A stretch of 64,000 bases of DNA, taken from contig QPMI01000068.1 of assembly GCA_004431415.1 (NCBI GenBank), positions 124,001 through 188,000 of the forward strand. The letters run 5' to 3'. This DNA comes from Cyanophora paradoxa CCMP329 (taxonomy: Eukaryota; Plantae; Glaucophyta). The notes under the pieces were generated by a model. The model saw nothing but the letters and a program-made list of their open reading frames with translations, ran no database searches and had not been told where the DNA came from. Made by a program: the position numbers and the translations under genes. Shown piece by piece: positions 42,901 through 54,949 of the stretch (position 1 is the first letter of the stretch; the number at the start of each line of letters is the position of its first letter).

Positions 42901-45900
42901 GGCTCGCATACAGCGCTCCCCGGCTGGAGCCCAGGGCCCCACTTCCGCCCCGAGGTCCGTCACGGCCTCGCGCGGCCCCGCGCTGCTGCTCGACATGCCA
43001 CTGCCGCCTGACCTGCTTGCGCAGGGCGGGCCGGCCGCTGGCTCGCACGCAGCGCCCCCCGGCTGGAGCCCGGGGCTCTACCTCCGTCCCGAGGTCCGTC
43101 ACGGCCTCGCGCGGCCCCGCGCTGCTACTCGACCCGCCGCCGCCACATAACCTGCCTGCGCAGGGCCGGCCGCTGGTGCGCATGCAGCGCTCCCCGGCTG
43201 GAGCCCAGGGCTCCACCACCGCCCCGAGGTCCGCCACGGCCTCGCGCTCCCCTGTGCTGCCGCTCGACACGCCGCCGCCGCATAACCTGCCCGCGCAGGG
43301 CGGGCCGGCCGCTGGCTCGTCCGCAGCGCCCCCCGGCTGGAGCTCAAGGCGCCACCGCCGCCCCGAGGTCCGTCACGGCCTCGCCCGACCCGCGCTGCCG
43401 CTCGACCCGCCGCCGCCGCATACCCTGCTTGCGCAGGGCGGGCCGGCCGCTGGCTCGTATGCAGCGCTTCCCGGCTGGAGCCCAGGGCTCCACCTCCGCC
43501 CCGAGGTCCATCACGGCCTCGCGCAGCCCCGCGCTGCTGCTCGACCCGCCGCCGCCGCATAACCCGCTTGCGCAGGGCGGGCCGGCCGCTGGCTCGCATG
43601 CAGCGCTCCCCAACTGGAGTCCAGGGCTCCACCTCCGCCCAGAGGTCCGTCACGGCCTCGCGCGGCCCCGCGCTGCCGCTCGACCCGCCGCCGCCGCATA
43701 ACCTGCTTGCGCAGGGCGGGCCGGCCGCTGGCTCGCATGCAGCCCTCCCCGGCCGGAGCCTTGGTCTCCACCGCCGCCCCGAGGTCCGTCACGGCCTAGC
43801 GCGGCCCCGCGCTGCAGCTCGGCGTACCGCCACTGCCTGACCTGCCTGCACAGGGCGGGCCGGCCGCTGGCTCGCATACAGCGCTCCCCGGCTGGAGCCC
43901 AGGGCCCCACCTCCGCCCCGAGGTCCGTCACGGCCTCGCGCGGCCCCGTGCTGCCGCTCGACCCACCGCCGCCGCCTGGCCTGCTTGCGCAGGGCGGGCC
44001 GGCCGCTGGCTCGCCTGCCGCGCTCCCCGGCTGGAGCCCTTGGGCTCCACCTCCGCCCCGAGGTCCGTTCACGGCCTCATGCGGCCCTGCACCACCACTC
44101 GACCGCCGCCGCCGCATAACCTGCTTGCGCAGGACGGGACGGCCGCTGGCTCGCATACAGCGCTCCCCGGCTGGAGCCCAGGGCTCCACCTCCGCCCCGA
44201 GGTCCGAAAACGACCTCGCGCGGCCCCGCACCGCCGCGCCACCCGCCGCCGCCGCCTGACCTGCTTGCGCAGGGCGGGCCGACCGCTGGCTCGCCTGCGG
44301 CGCTCTCCGGCTGGAGCCCAGGGCCCCGCCCCCGCCCCGAGGTCCGTCACGGCCTTGCGCGGCCCCCGCGCCGCCGCTCGACCCGCCGCCGCCGCCTGAC
44401 CTGCTTGCGCAGGGCGGGCCGGCCGCTGGCTCGCATGCCGCGCTCTCCAGCTGGAGCCCAGGGCTCCACCGCTACCCGAGGTCCGTCACGGCCTCGCGCG
44501 GCCCCGCGCTGCAGCTCGGCGTACCGCCACTGCCTGACCCGCTGGCGCAGGGCGGGCCGGCCGCTGGCTCGTCCGCCGCGCTCTCCGGCTGGAGCCCAAG
44601 GCTCCACCGCCGCCCCGAAGTCCTTGACGGCCTCGCACGGCCCCACTCCACCACCCGGCTTGCCGCCGCCGCCTGCCCTACGGGTGCAGGGCGGGCCGGC
44701 CGCTGGCCCGCCCACCGCGCTCCTGCTGGAGCTCAAGGCTCCACCACCTCCCCGAGGTCTGCAGCGACCTCGCGCGGCCCGGCGCCGCCGCCCAGCTCGC
44801 TGCCTCCGCCTGATTGGCTGGCACAGGGCGGGCCGGCCCCTAGCCCGCCCGCGGCCGTCGGACGCTTCCTGGCTGGAGCTCAAGGCTCCGCCACCGCCCC
44901 AAGGGCGGGCCGGCTGGTGGACCGCGCGCAGCGCCTCCTGCGGTAGCTAAAAGCTCCGCCGCCGCCCGAAGGTCCGTAGCGGCCTTGCGCGGCCCCGCGC
45001 GGCCGCTCGACCCGCTACCGCCGTCGGACCTACTCGCGAAGGGGCAGGCCGGTCGCTGGCTCGCCAGCAGCGCTCTCCTGCTGGAGCTCAAGCCTCCACC
45101 ACCGCCCCGAGGTCTGCAGCGACCTCGCACGGCCCCGCACTGCCGCTCGGCTCGCCGCCGCCGCCTCGCCTGCTTGCGCAGGGCGGGCCGGCCTCTGGCT
45201 CGCCCGCGTCGCCCCCCTGCTGGAGCTCAAGGCTCCTTCGCGGCCCCGCGGTCCGAAAACGACCTTGCGCGGCCCCACGCCCGCGCTCGACCCGCCGCCG
45301 CCGCATAACCTGCTTGCGTAGGGCGGGCCGGCCGCTGGCTCGCCTACCGCGCTCTCCGGCGGGAGCCCAGGGCTCCACCTCCGCCCCGAGGTCCGTCACG
45401 GCCTCGCGCGGCCCCGCGCCGCCGCTCGACCCGCCGCCGCCGCCCGACCTGCTGGCGCAGGGCGGGCCGGCCCCTGGCTCGCCCGCAAGGCCCCTGGCTG
45501 AAGCTCCAGGCCCCGCCACTACACCGAGGGCTACTGCGACCTCGCGTGGCCCCGCGCCGCCGCTCGGCTCGCCGCCGCCGCCTGACCTGCTTGCGCAGGG
45601 CGGGCCCGGCCAGCCGCTGGCTCGCCCGCAGCGCCTCATACTGGAACTCAAAGCTCCGCCGCCGCCCCAAGGTCCGTGGCGACCTCGCGCGGCCCCATGC
45701 CACAGCTCGGCTCGCCACCACCGCCTGACCTGCGTACGCAAGGCGGGCCGGCCTCTAGCTCGCCCGCGACGCTTCCTGGCTGGAGCTCAAGGCTCCACCC
45801 CCGCCCCGAGGTCTGCAGCGACCTCGCGCGGCCCCGCGCCGCCGCTCGACCCGCCGCCGCCGCATAACCTGCTTGCGCAGGGCGGGCCGGCCTCTGGCTC

Positions 45901-46250
45901 GCCAGCCGCGCTCTCCTGCTGGAGCTCATGGCCCCATCACCGCCCCGGGGTCCGTCACGGCCTCGCGCGGCCCGCGCTGCCGCCGCTTCGCCTGCTGGCG
46001 CAGGGTGGGCTGACCGCTGGCTCGCCCACGGTGCTGTCCCACGGGCGCTCCAGGCCCTGAGGCCCCGCGACTGCTCCCGCGGCCTTCTGCGGCCCCCACA
46101 CCTCCACGCGGCGCGCTTCCGCCGCCTAACCTGCTTGCACAGGGCAGGACGGTGGTGGGCTCACTTTCGGTGCTCACCGGCTGGGATGGTTTTAGATTCC
46201 GCCGCGGCCCCGAGGTCCGTAACGGCCTCGCGCGACTTCACGCCGACGCG
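39960..46250. repeat. GC-rich ~139-bp satellite array, roughly 45 units, degenerating at the right end
   Basis: The unit gaggtccgtcacggcctcgcgcggccccgcg...ctgcttgcgcagggcgggccggccgctggctcgc...ggagcccagggctccacctccgcccc recurs at ~139-bp spacing. Confidence 0.95.
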
Positions 46251-49179
46251 CAGTGCGACCGCCTTGCCCGCCCTCCACCCGTAGCGCGCCCCTGGCCCGC
46301 ACCGCCCAGCATGACTTGTCGGCGGCGGGGATCTGGCGGCGCAACTATCAAGCGCCGCCCCGGTTCGTCGACTGTCCCATAGGGGTACGACGAGAACCCC
46401 CCCAGCCTTCTGTGCCGGCTCGTTCCCTCGGGCTTCTTGGCCCGCCCCGGCCCCATGTTGTTGTCCGAATTCACGCTCTCTGCCCGTCCCTCCTACAGCG
46501 CAGTGCGCTGGGGGATAGGGGCTCAGCGTCCGAGACACGTTGGGGTAGCGGGGGAGGAGGAAAGAGAGGGGGGGGGGGCAGGAGGAGGGTGGATCAACCC
46601 TCACCCTCTTGATCACTTTTGTCCTTATGTATGCTATTCTGGCTGGCTGTGACCTGACTCTTGTTTGGTAGGGGGTACTGCATTCGTGCTGCGTTCGCTA
46701 CGCTCACCCCCGCGGCCTCCGGCGGCGGTACCCGGCTTCGGATCCCCGAACCCGGAAGAAACCGCGTACCCCTCCCCGGGGTACGCCGTTCGCCCCAACC
46801 GGCCCCACAAGGCGCGGCCCGAGGCCGAACGCGTACCCCGGAGAGGGGTACGGCGTCAGAGCGGCCCCGATCAAGTGTACCCCGAGCGGGGTACCCCGAT
46901 CGGCCCCGCGACGGCCCGAGCGGAGTACCCCGAGCGGGGTACACCGTCTCGACCCGCAACGGCCCTCCCCGGGGTACAGGCGCCTAGCACGCTTACCCCG
47001 GAGAGTTCTTGTTCCGGAACTCGCAAGGGCGAGGCCGGAATGGCATACGGCGATCCGCCCTGGTCGATCGCCAACGTATTATGATACGTGGTTCCCGGGA
47101 AAGCAGCCTTGAGCTGCCGTACCTCAGGGCCCAACCCGATGCGCTATCCGTGCATCTAGCTAAGTAGTGTCAGGCGTAAGATAGCTAGGTCTTCTGCATT
47201 CGAATGAAGCGAGGCGTAAATCGGGATTTGCGCTCTCAATGCGTAAATCGAGTTTTGCGCCGACGGAATGCGAACAAAGAAGACCGTAGCCGAGCGCCAG
47301 GCACGAAAGAGCTGAGCGACTCGCTAGCCGCGGAAGCGGCGCGAGGCGAGCACGGGATTAGCAGCAGGCTGCTGCGAGCGCCCCTCAAGGGACTAGCTGA
47401 GCTAGCCGTTGGGCCGAGCCAGCGGGCTTGAAGCCGCCGAGCTCCGGGGGGTACGCTGATTCGGGGTTTCCCTTCACGCCCAGCTTCGCTCGCGGCCGCC
47501 CCAGGCCACGAAGCGACCAGCGGCGAAGCGAAATCGCTCCCGCCCACCTCCCCGCGATTTTTCCTTCCGGGGCGCCGAACCTCGCCACCCAGCGAGCCCC
47601 GGCGCCGCGAAAAGTTCGCGCAAAAAGGCAATGCATACGGCGACCAGCGCCAGCGTTCGCCGAGGGTATTATAATACGTGGTTCCTTGCCGTCTCCTGTG
47701 CACACGGTTCCGGATGTTACTCCCGCTCGGTGCCGGCCACCAGCGCGGACGTGGTCGTGCACAGCTGATCCGTGGTAATTTACAATGGTTCCGTCGAAGA
47801 TTCGGGCACGAACCGCGCAGACTCGGTGTACCGGTCGTCATTCGTGTTTCCAGGCGCGTCCGCTGGGCCCACTTGTGCCGGGCCGGGGTCCAGCGCGCCC
47901 CCAAGAAACAGTCGCGCGGCTTCGTGGAGAATCTCGAGTTTTCCCCGCTGGGTTTTACCCTGTTTTCCTCTGGACCCGTGGGTGCCGAGCCGGGGTCCAG
48001 CGCGCATGACCGTTACGCGGTTTTCCCGCGGTAACTTGCTGGTTTTCGAGTCTGCCGCCCCGGCGCGGGGGGAGACTTCGCGCATGATTCGGAGTCCTGT
48101 TGGTTTTTGATGAGCCTCGGTTGTCGTACGTTGTACGACTCCTTGGTCTCATGGTCGTCTGCGGACGACGGGCACGCTACGCGTGTGGTAGGGGGTACTG
48201 CATTCGTGCTGCGTTCGCTACGCTCACCCCCGCGGCCTCCGGCGGCGGTACCCGGCTTCGGATCCCCGAACCCGGAAGAAACCGCGTACCCCTCCCCGGG
48301 GTACGCCGTTCGCCCCAACCGGCCCCACAAGGCGCGGCCCGAGGCCGAACGCGTACCCCGGAGAGGGGTACGGCGTCAGAGCGGCCCCGATCAAGTGTAC
48401 CCCCGAGCGGGGTACCCCGATCGGCCCCGCGACGGCCCCGAGCGGAGTACCCCGAGCGGGGTACACCGTCTCGACCCGCAACGGCCCTCCCCGGGGTACA
48501 GGCGCCTAGCACGCTTACCCCGGAGAGTTCTTGTTCCGGAACTCGCAAGGGCGAGGCCGGAATGGCATACGGCGATCCGCCCTGGTCGATCGCCAACGTA
48601 TTATGATACGTGGTTCCCGGGAAAGCAGCCTTGAGCTGCCGTACCTCAGGGCCCAACCCGATGCGCTATCCCGTGCATCTAGCTAAGTAGTGTCAGGCGT
48701 AAGATAGCTAGGTCTTCTGCATTCGAATGAAGCGAGGCGTAAAGCCAGCTGCGCAGCCTGCAGGCTGCAGCTGGCATGCTGCCAGGCTGGCTGGTTAACG
48801 TTGTGCCAGCCTCTAGATCTGCCAGCCCAGTGCCAGGCTGCCAGCGCAAGCTTAAGTCAAGTGCGTTGGCCAACGCATGCGCATTGCGCAGTCACGCGCG
48901 TGCGCTGCGCGTTCACATGGCAGCCCACTGGCAGTCGCCGCCAGGCGGCGACAGCGGTCTTCTACTACTGGTCCGTACTCAAAGTGCCAATTGAGTATGA
49001 GGTCGGGAGTTTGAATAGGGGCTCCGTCGCGATTTGGCTCGGCTGTTGCGTACTACTCGTGTTTTTTTACGTGTGTGCGCTTGCGTCATAAGTAATAAGT
49101 TATAACTTAGTATATTGCAACTTGGCAAGTCCGAACTGTCCGCGGTACTAAGTTACTACTAACACGGTAGTAACACCCT

Positions 49180-50012
49180 TCAAGTGCCCCTTGCAAGTTG
49201 ATTAATTGCTCGCGGTACTAAGACCCTTGCTAATTTGAGAAAAAAAGGTGCTCCGAAGGATCAGCTGCAGCCTGCAGGCAGTGATGTTATTCCGAATTAA
49301 CCGAAAAACTGCCCATTCCTGGAATTAATACTTCCTGGAATATTCCTAGTAAGATTCCGAATTCTTTATTGTTTCTAGAAACCCTTCCCTCATACATGCA
49401 TACCGCACCCCACGCCGGCCCAGCCCCGCCCTGCCCACCCCTCCCCGCTTTGCGAGACCACTGTATGAACTGTCAAGCATTAAATATTGAAGCATATTCA
49501 TGCGTTCGAAGGTGCAGCAGTGAGCACGAGCTGTCGTCGTCGCCGCGAGTCGACGTCATCGGGCAGACCGCTTGTGGAGGCGACTCCGACGGGCCAGCTG
49601 AGCCCTCGTTCTCACCAGACATCGATTTGCGATGCGGGCGCGCTCTGCTGGACGCTGTGTGCTGCGTTCTGGCGGAAAATCCCATGCACGAACAAGTACC
49701 CCCCCTTATTCGGAACAATTCCTGAAAGAACGGCGTTCCCAGCACCATTCCAGGAATTATTCCTGGAATAGAATTAAAAAATGTTTCTAGAAAGAATGCC
49801 ATCAGTGCCTGCAGGCCTAGCCCGGCCTAGTAGGCCTAGGCATTTGTAACTTTAAGTGCTAGTACTGTGCTACCCAAAGTGCCCCTTGCAAGTTGATTTA
49901 TTGCTCGCGGTACTAAGACCCTTGCTAATTTGAGAAAAAAAAGGTGCTCCGAAGGATCAGCTGCAGCCTGCAGGCCTAGCTATAGCCTAGTAGGCCTAGG
50001 CATTTGTAACTT
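49180..50012. repeat. Local duplication: first copy (49180-49852) carries the MITE, second copy (~49877-50012) is empty
   Basis: aagtgccccttgcaagttgatt...ggtgctccgaaggatcagctgcagcctgcaggc occurs twice. Confidence 0.88.
49279..49807. mobile_element. hAT-type MITE, 529 bp
   Basis: 8-bp TSD CCTGCAGG (49271-49278 and 49808-49815); imperfect 14-bp TIR (CAGTGATGTTATTC versus CACTGATGGCATTC); subterminal TTCCTGGAA/GAATTATTCC repeats. Confidence 0.8.
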
Positions 50013-50715
50013 GCTGAATTGTAAGTGCTACCGTAGTACCCAGCTGCTACCAGGTTTTATAACTTATAATTACCGGGCCGGCGGCGCGGCGCCAGTAACT
50101 TAGCAAGGGGCCAGTACTACAGTGACTCTAGATCTCAGCCTTGAGTCTCAGTCATGATCACAGTCAGGGGGGCTGCAGCTGACCGACTGGGTCAGCCGGG
50201 GGCCTGACTGCTCGACACTGCCGCAGTGCGTCGACAGCCCTACGTATACCGTGTAACTTCAACGGTGGAAGGCTTAAATACCGCGTCACAAATTAGCGCG
50301 TTCCAAAACTTTGGGCCCGATTTGCGCTTTACCGCGCTACCAAATTACCGCGTTCGAGCCGCTCCTAAGAGCCGCTGACCTCCAAATTACTCGGTACCGG
50401 GTGCTCCTAAGAGCCGCTGACCTCCTTTTCTTCGTCACTTTGTACCGCAGAGTGTCGTAGCTCGGGCCCGCTGCCGCTGGCCATGGGCCGCTGCGCAGCC
50501 TGCGCGGCGCTGCGCGGACATCCACATCGATCGCCGGGTCGCGATCCTACGTACAGCTCTCCCCTTGGTGAGACTTTGGGAGAGATGCCATGATGCCGCA
50601 GCTGAGGGTCATTATAATTAGCGCTAGCGCACCGCCCGTGTGATTATGACGAGCTCGAAACCCTGTCCTTACTGCAGCTGCTCCACCTGTGCGCAGCATC
50701 TGTCGCTGAGTCAGC

Positions 50716-52130
50716 ATGGGCGTGGCAAAGAGCACGATATGCTACGATGTGTGCAAGGAGAGCGGGGGATCAATCGTCAGAGGCGACCCTCTCAACAGGG
50801 TCGGATACGAACCCCCGCTGAAGGTCTTCACCGAAGGCAGTACGTTCAAGTCTAACATGGATGAATGGAAGGCGTGGTTCAACAATTTCGGACATGCGTA
50901 CGCATTGTGAATGATCATGATCATTCTGAATTCGAATCCGTTGTGCAGGTGTAGAGTGAGCGGTGGAACATGCTACGTGGTGAAAGGCGAGGAAAATTAC
51001 TTCAATGTTCCGGTGAGCGACAGCACATGTACACTGCATGCGCACATACTCGGCTTTGCATTGCAAATTGACGCAGGAGGCACGAATTGCATTGAAGTAA
51101 CGCGCCACGCAGGCGGCTGAAATTATCACTGTTGGCGGTGTAAAGGTCGAGAAGGGTTCGCGCATTATAACCGTGTTGGATTGCTTTGCAATTGCTGATC
51201 AAAAACTCACGAACGGCTAGGCTTCTACAACAAAGCATGTTTTAAGGGTGCGTATTGCATTTATGATCACGATTCAATTCTTCATATTGCATTTGTTTAT
51301 AAATCTGAATCTGCGCGTGCATCCACGCGACGCAGAGTCCGATTGCACGGGGACCAAGGCTTATCAGACAACTTCCGTGTCGACCGACTTTTACAAAGTG
51401 TAAGAGAATTCGTAATGTGCTCCTTTCAACGCGGCCGTATACGTAATGCTCCCTTCTGATCAGTTGCAACGGGAATGGATACAAATCAGTGGCGGTGCAG
51501 TGGGGGAATGAGTCCGCGTACGGGAGCTGCTACAATGTGAGCGCATCTGGCGAGACAGACGCCAAGAAGACGTGAGTGATGATCATTTCACAGAGATCAA
51601 TCGTGGACTAAATTTGCACGCGCAATTTGCACAGCATTAACTGGAAGTTGGTCGAGGTGAATTTGTTCAAATTAAAGCCTTTCTCTGATATGATATTCTT
51701 ATTTCTTTTTCTTTTCCCTTATGATTAGGGCGAGAACGCGATTAAAGTTGGTGGCACCCTGGTTCTCAAGGGTAAGAAGAATTTGTCGTACATATCTATA
51801 TATGGCCACCGATCGGCCGTGCGGGGAAAAGGATGAATATTCTGACGAGGACTCCGGTCCAGGCGCGAACAACAAGGCATGCTATACTGGAAAGGATTGT
51901 ACCGGATCGCAGGCTCTCACGACGTAAGTCCGGATTTCAAAAATTAATTCATGATCAGCCAAGCTCGATAGCAAGATTCCAGCTCATAGAGAGAGAATTT
52001 ACGTATACAAACCCATTGCAGGAACGGCGTCGGAGAAGATTTTTACAATGCGTGTGTTGCCAAGGGTCACAAGTCCCTCGGAGTGCAGACAACTTGGGAC
52101 GATTCGAACAAGGCTATGTGCTTCAATGTG
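50716..52130 (+). CDS. Multi-exon host gene with short exons, Cys-containing, function unknown
   Basis: Repeated short GT...AG intervals (about 51572-51634, 51657-51728 and 51772-51862) between short protein-like blocks. Exon structure not resolved. Confidence 0.35.
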
Positions 52131-52717
52131 AGCTCGACGGGCGAGACCAACACCAATAAGACGTGAGCTGTTCACTGAGTCATTCAAACTTGAGAAAGTC
52201 TCCAGAAAGAAGATGCACATGCGCAGGGTCGCTTACAAGCCGGCTTCGAGACTGGAGGAAGAAATTCCGGAAGTCGAAGAAGATGGCATCGACGTCGAGG
52301 ACGCGGAGATGGATCTTTTCGAGGCCTCTCTTGCCATCGAGCTAGAGCTTGCGATGGATGCGTCCGTCCTTCTCGCAGACGGTTAGAAAAAGGCTTGAAG
52401 AGTTCTTGAAATCTCAAGTAATCTTGAAAGTCAGACAATTGGACACAATACAGAGAGTCTCGCTGACGAGTGTCTAGCGACTGAAGTTCACTGGCTGGCT
52501 CACTTGCCTCCTCCCCCCCTCCCACCCTCCCCCCACCCCCACCCCACCCCCGCGCACACACGTGCACTTAATTCATTCTCCGCCCACGGCCGTCATTCTC
52601 TTTTTTTCCTCTGCTCTTCCTGCACTGGGAAGCGGGCTGCTCTACTGGACAGCTTCTCAAATTTAAATGGGCCGAGCTCCTCACCGCTGCGAACGCGGAT
52701 CGTAGACGCGGCACTTC

Positions 52718-53300
52718 CTACGCGCTGCCGCCCGGCGCCTCGGCCCGGCTTCGGAGCCGCATCTCGTAGAGCTGCTGGATCTGCGCGGCCGTCGCGGCGT
52801 CCTGCGCGGGTCCGTGAGCTGCTTTCGTCGCCTTAGAAACAGCAAGACGGACGTTCTGGCACAGTCGCTTCGACCCCGAACCAGCAGCGCCACCTGCCGC
52901 GCGCTCGCTAAGCGGAGCCGCAGGCTTAAGCAACCGCCCGCAGCCGCGGCCTGGCCGCACCTCGTCGTCTAGGCTGTCCAGGATGGCCTCCAGCGCGTCC
53001 GGCAGGTCGAGGCCCGCGGCGGGGTACAGCTCCCGCTGCTTCACCAGCAGGCGCGTTCGGAGTTTCGCAGCGGGCCGCAGGATCAGGGCGCGCCCCGTCA
53101 GCGCCAGCCGCCGGAGGCACCGCAGCCTGCCTCCGCTCAGCTTGGAAAGGTCCTAAGAAACCAAGCAAAGCACTCTGGGGACTTGTCCTCAAGGAGGCAA
53201 GTGCGGCGCATCCACTCGAGGACGGATGCCGGGCCCCACTGCAGCACGGCCGCGGGGTCGAGCGGGGGCTGGGGCGGCTCTGAGGAGGGTGGTCGGCCAG
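52718..53300 (-). CDS. Host gene fragment with a SAM-like domain
   Basis: VLQWGPASVLEWMRR [intron] LSGGRLRCLRRLALTGRALIL resembles the SAM WxxxxVxxW...GxxL pattern. Confidence 0.3.
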
Positions 53301-54465
53301 CGCATCGGAGAGGAGAGAGAGCCAAAGAGATGCGAACCGGCATGAGGCTGCTGAGAGGACGGCGAGGGCGCCGAGGCAGAGCCGGGCAGAACTGCCGGGG
53401 AAGGGCTGGGCTCTGCGGCTGCGCTCTAGATCTGCGGGCCTGTGGCGGGCGGCGGGGGCGGGGGCTGGGGCTCGTCCAGGGCTCGGTTGGCGCGCGGGAG
53501 CTCGCGCCGCTCGAGCCGCCGCCGCCGCCGCGGATGCCCCAGGGCCAGCCCTCCCTTTCTTTGGAGATGCTCGCCCAGTCGCGGCCGAGGCGGCGGGCGG
53601 GCGCTGCGGCTGCTCCGTCCGCTGCGCCCGGGAGGCCGCCCGAGGTTTCCGCTAGAGAACTGCCGCGGCCGCCGCCCGCAGGGGACGATCGCCCCCGCTT
53701 CTCCTTCCGCCCTACATCGACGCCCGCTTCTCGCTCGTCGCTGCGGCGCTTAAGCTTGGGGCGCGGCGGCGCTGCTCGCGAGGGGCGTGTCTACCCGAGT
53801 CTACCGTAGTGAGGTATATATATATATATTGTTGCCAGCCTGGTTTCAGAAGTCTTGCTGTACCTTCCGGGACCGCACCACGGCTCCCAATACAGCCCCA
53901 CCACCCCTCGGGGCAATCTCGCGTGTAGCGCACGGGCTGGGAGCACAGCTGGGCAGCCACAGCACAGCAGAGCGGGCCAACAAGACCAATAATAATATCA
54001 TGATATATACTAGTAGCTAGCGCTAGCCTAGTAGCTCGCTCAATCGACCGCCCGGCTCGAACTCCGGATCTGACCGTCGGACGTCGAAAGAACTTGCGCT
54101 CCAGCGCTCGCTCGAGCGGCCGCGGTCGGGAGCCTGGCTTCCGAGCTCGAACTTCGGAAGCTAGCTCACGATTATCAAACCTCAGAGCCTACTCGTTCGC
54201 CACAGAATCGATGTCGTGGGGGTAGCAGCGGGGCGGCCAGTCGCGCTCGCCGGCGCCGGCACCGACGGCGCCCCCGGGGCCCTGCACACGCGGCGAGCAC
54301 AGCAAGTCAGGCCTAGCAGGGCAACAGATCTCAGACCCTGCCAGCTGCGGACCTGCATGAGAAACTGGGCAGGTCCGGTGGGTCCGGCGGGGCCTGCAGA
54401 GTCGGGGGATGACTCCTGGAGGGGCGAGTGGCAGGCCGCCGCGTACACTGCCGGTACCCCCCAAC

Positions 54466-54504
54466 GATCAGATCAGATCAGATCAGATCAGATCAGATCA
54501 GATC
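54466..54504. repeat. (GATCA)n microsatellite
   Basis: About 8 perfect pentamer units. Confidence 0.95.
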
Positions 54505-54700
54505 ACCGTGGAGGTGCGGGTGGCGCTTGGCCTGCGCTGGGCCGGCGCCAGCCGACGCCGCCGGGGCGCCGCGGGGAGCGCCGGCAGATCCCACCTCGGT
54601 GCGGGCGTCGGCGTCCTCCATAGTGACCTCCGCGTCGCCCCCGCCCCGGATCGGCACCACTGCGCAGGCCCGGTGACTCACTGAGTCCCGAGGCGTCTTT

Positions 54701-54825
54701 GGGGGAAGGGAAGGGGGGTGGGGGGTGGGGGTGGGGGTGGGGGGGTGGGGTGGGGGTGGGTGGGTGGGGTGGGGGTGGGGTGGGTGGGGGAGGGTGGGGT
54801 GGGGTGGGGGGGGGGGGGGGGGGGG
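54701..54825. repeat. (GGGGT)n / poly-G tract
   Basis: Directly visible; probably intronic. Confidence 0.9.
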
Positions 54826-54949
54826 ACGGCGGCACCGACGACCTGCGGGTGCCGGCGGCGCCCCTCGGGGCCTGCGAGGGGTGCGTTCAGAGAGGCGCGG
54901 AGCGAGCGAGAGGGATGTGCGCGCGCGAGAGCGCGCGCACTCTGGCTGC

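Larger units (their letters stand above)
37099..48743 (+). mobile_element. Non-autonomous split-direct-repeat element (Ngaro/PAT/TOC1-like tyrosine-recombinase retroelement architecture), 11.6 kb
   Basis: A1 37099-37415 = A2 47221-47537; B1 46666-47220 = B2 48186-48743; B1 abuts A2 exactly; no TSD; no RT or YR ORF recognised. Confidence 0.65.

Noticed and set aside
39960-46250. CRISPR array, or the many overlapping Ala/Arg/Pro/Gly ORFs as genes
   Set aside because: Whole units repeat with no unique spacers and no cas genes; the ORFs arise from stop-poor GC-rich tandem repeats in all six frames.
46666-48743. B1/B2 as the LTRs of a TRIM or LTR retrotransposon
   Set aside because: No TG...CA ends, TSD or PBS seen. 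The exact B1|A2 fusion and the upstream A1 copy fit a split-direct-repeat element better.
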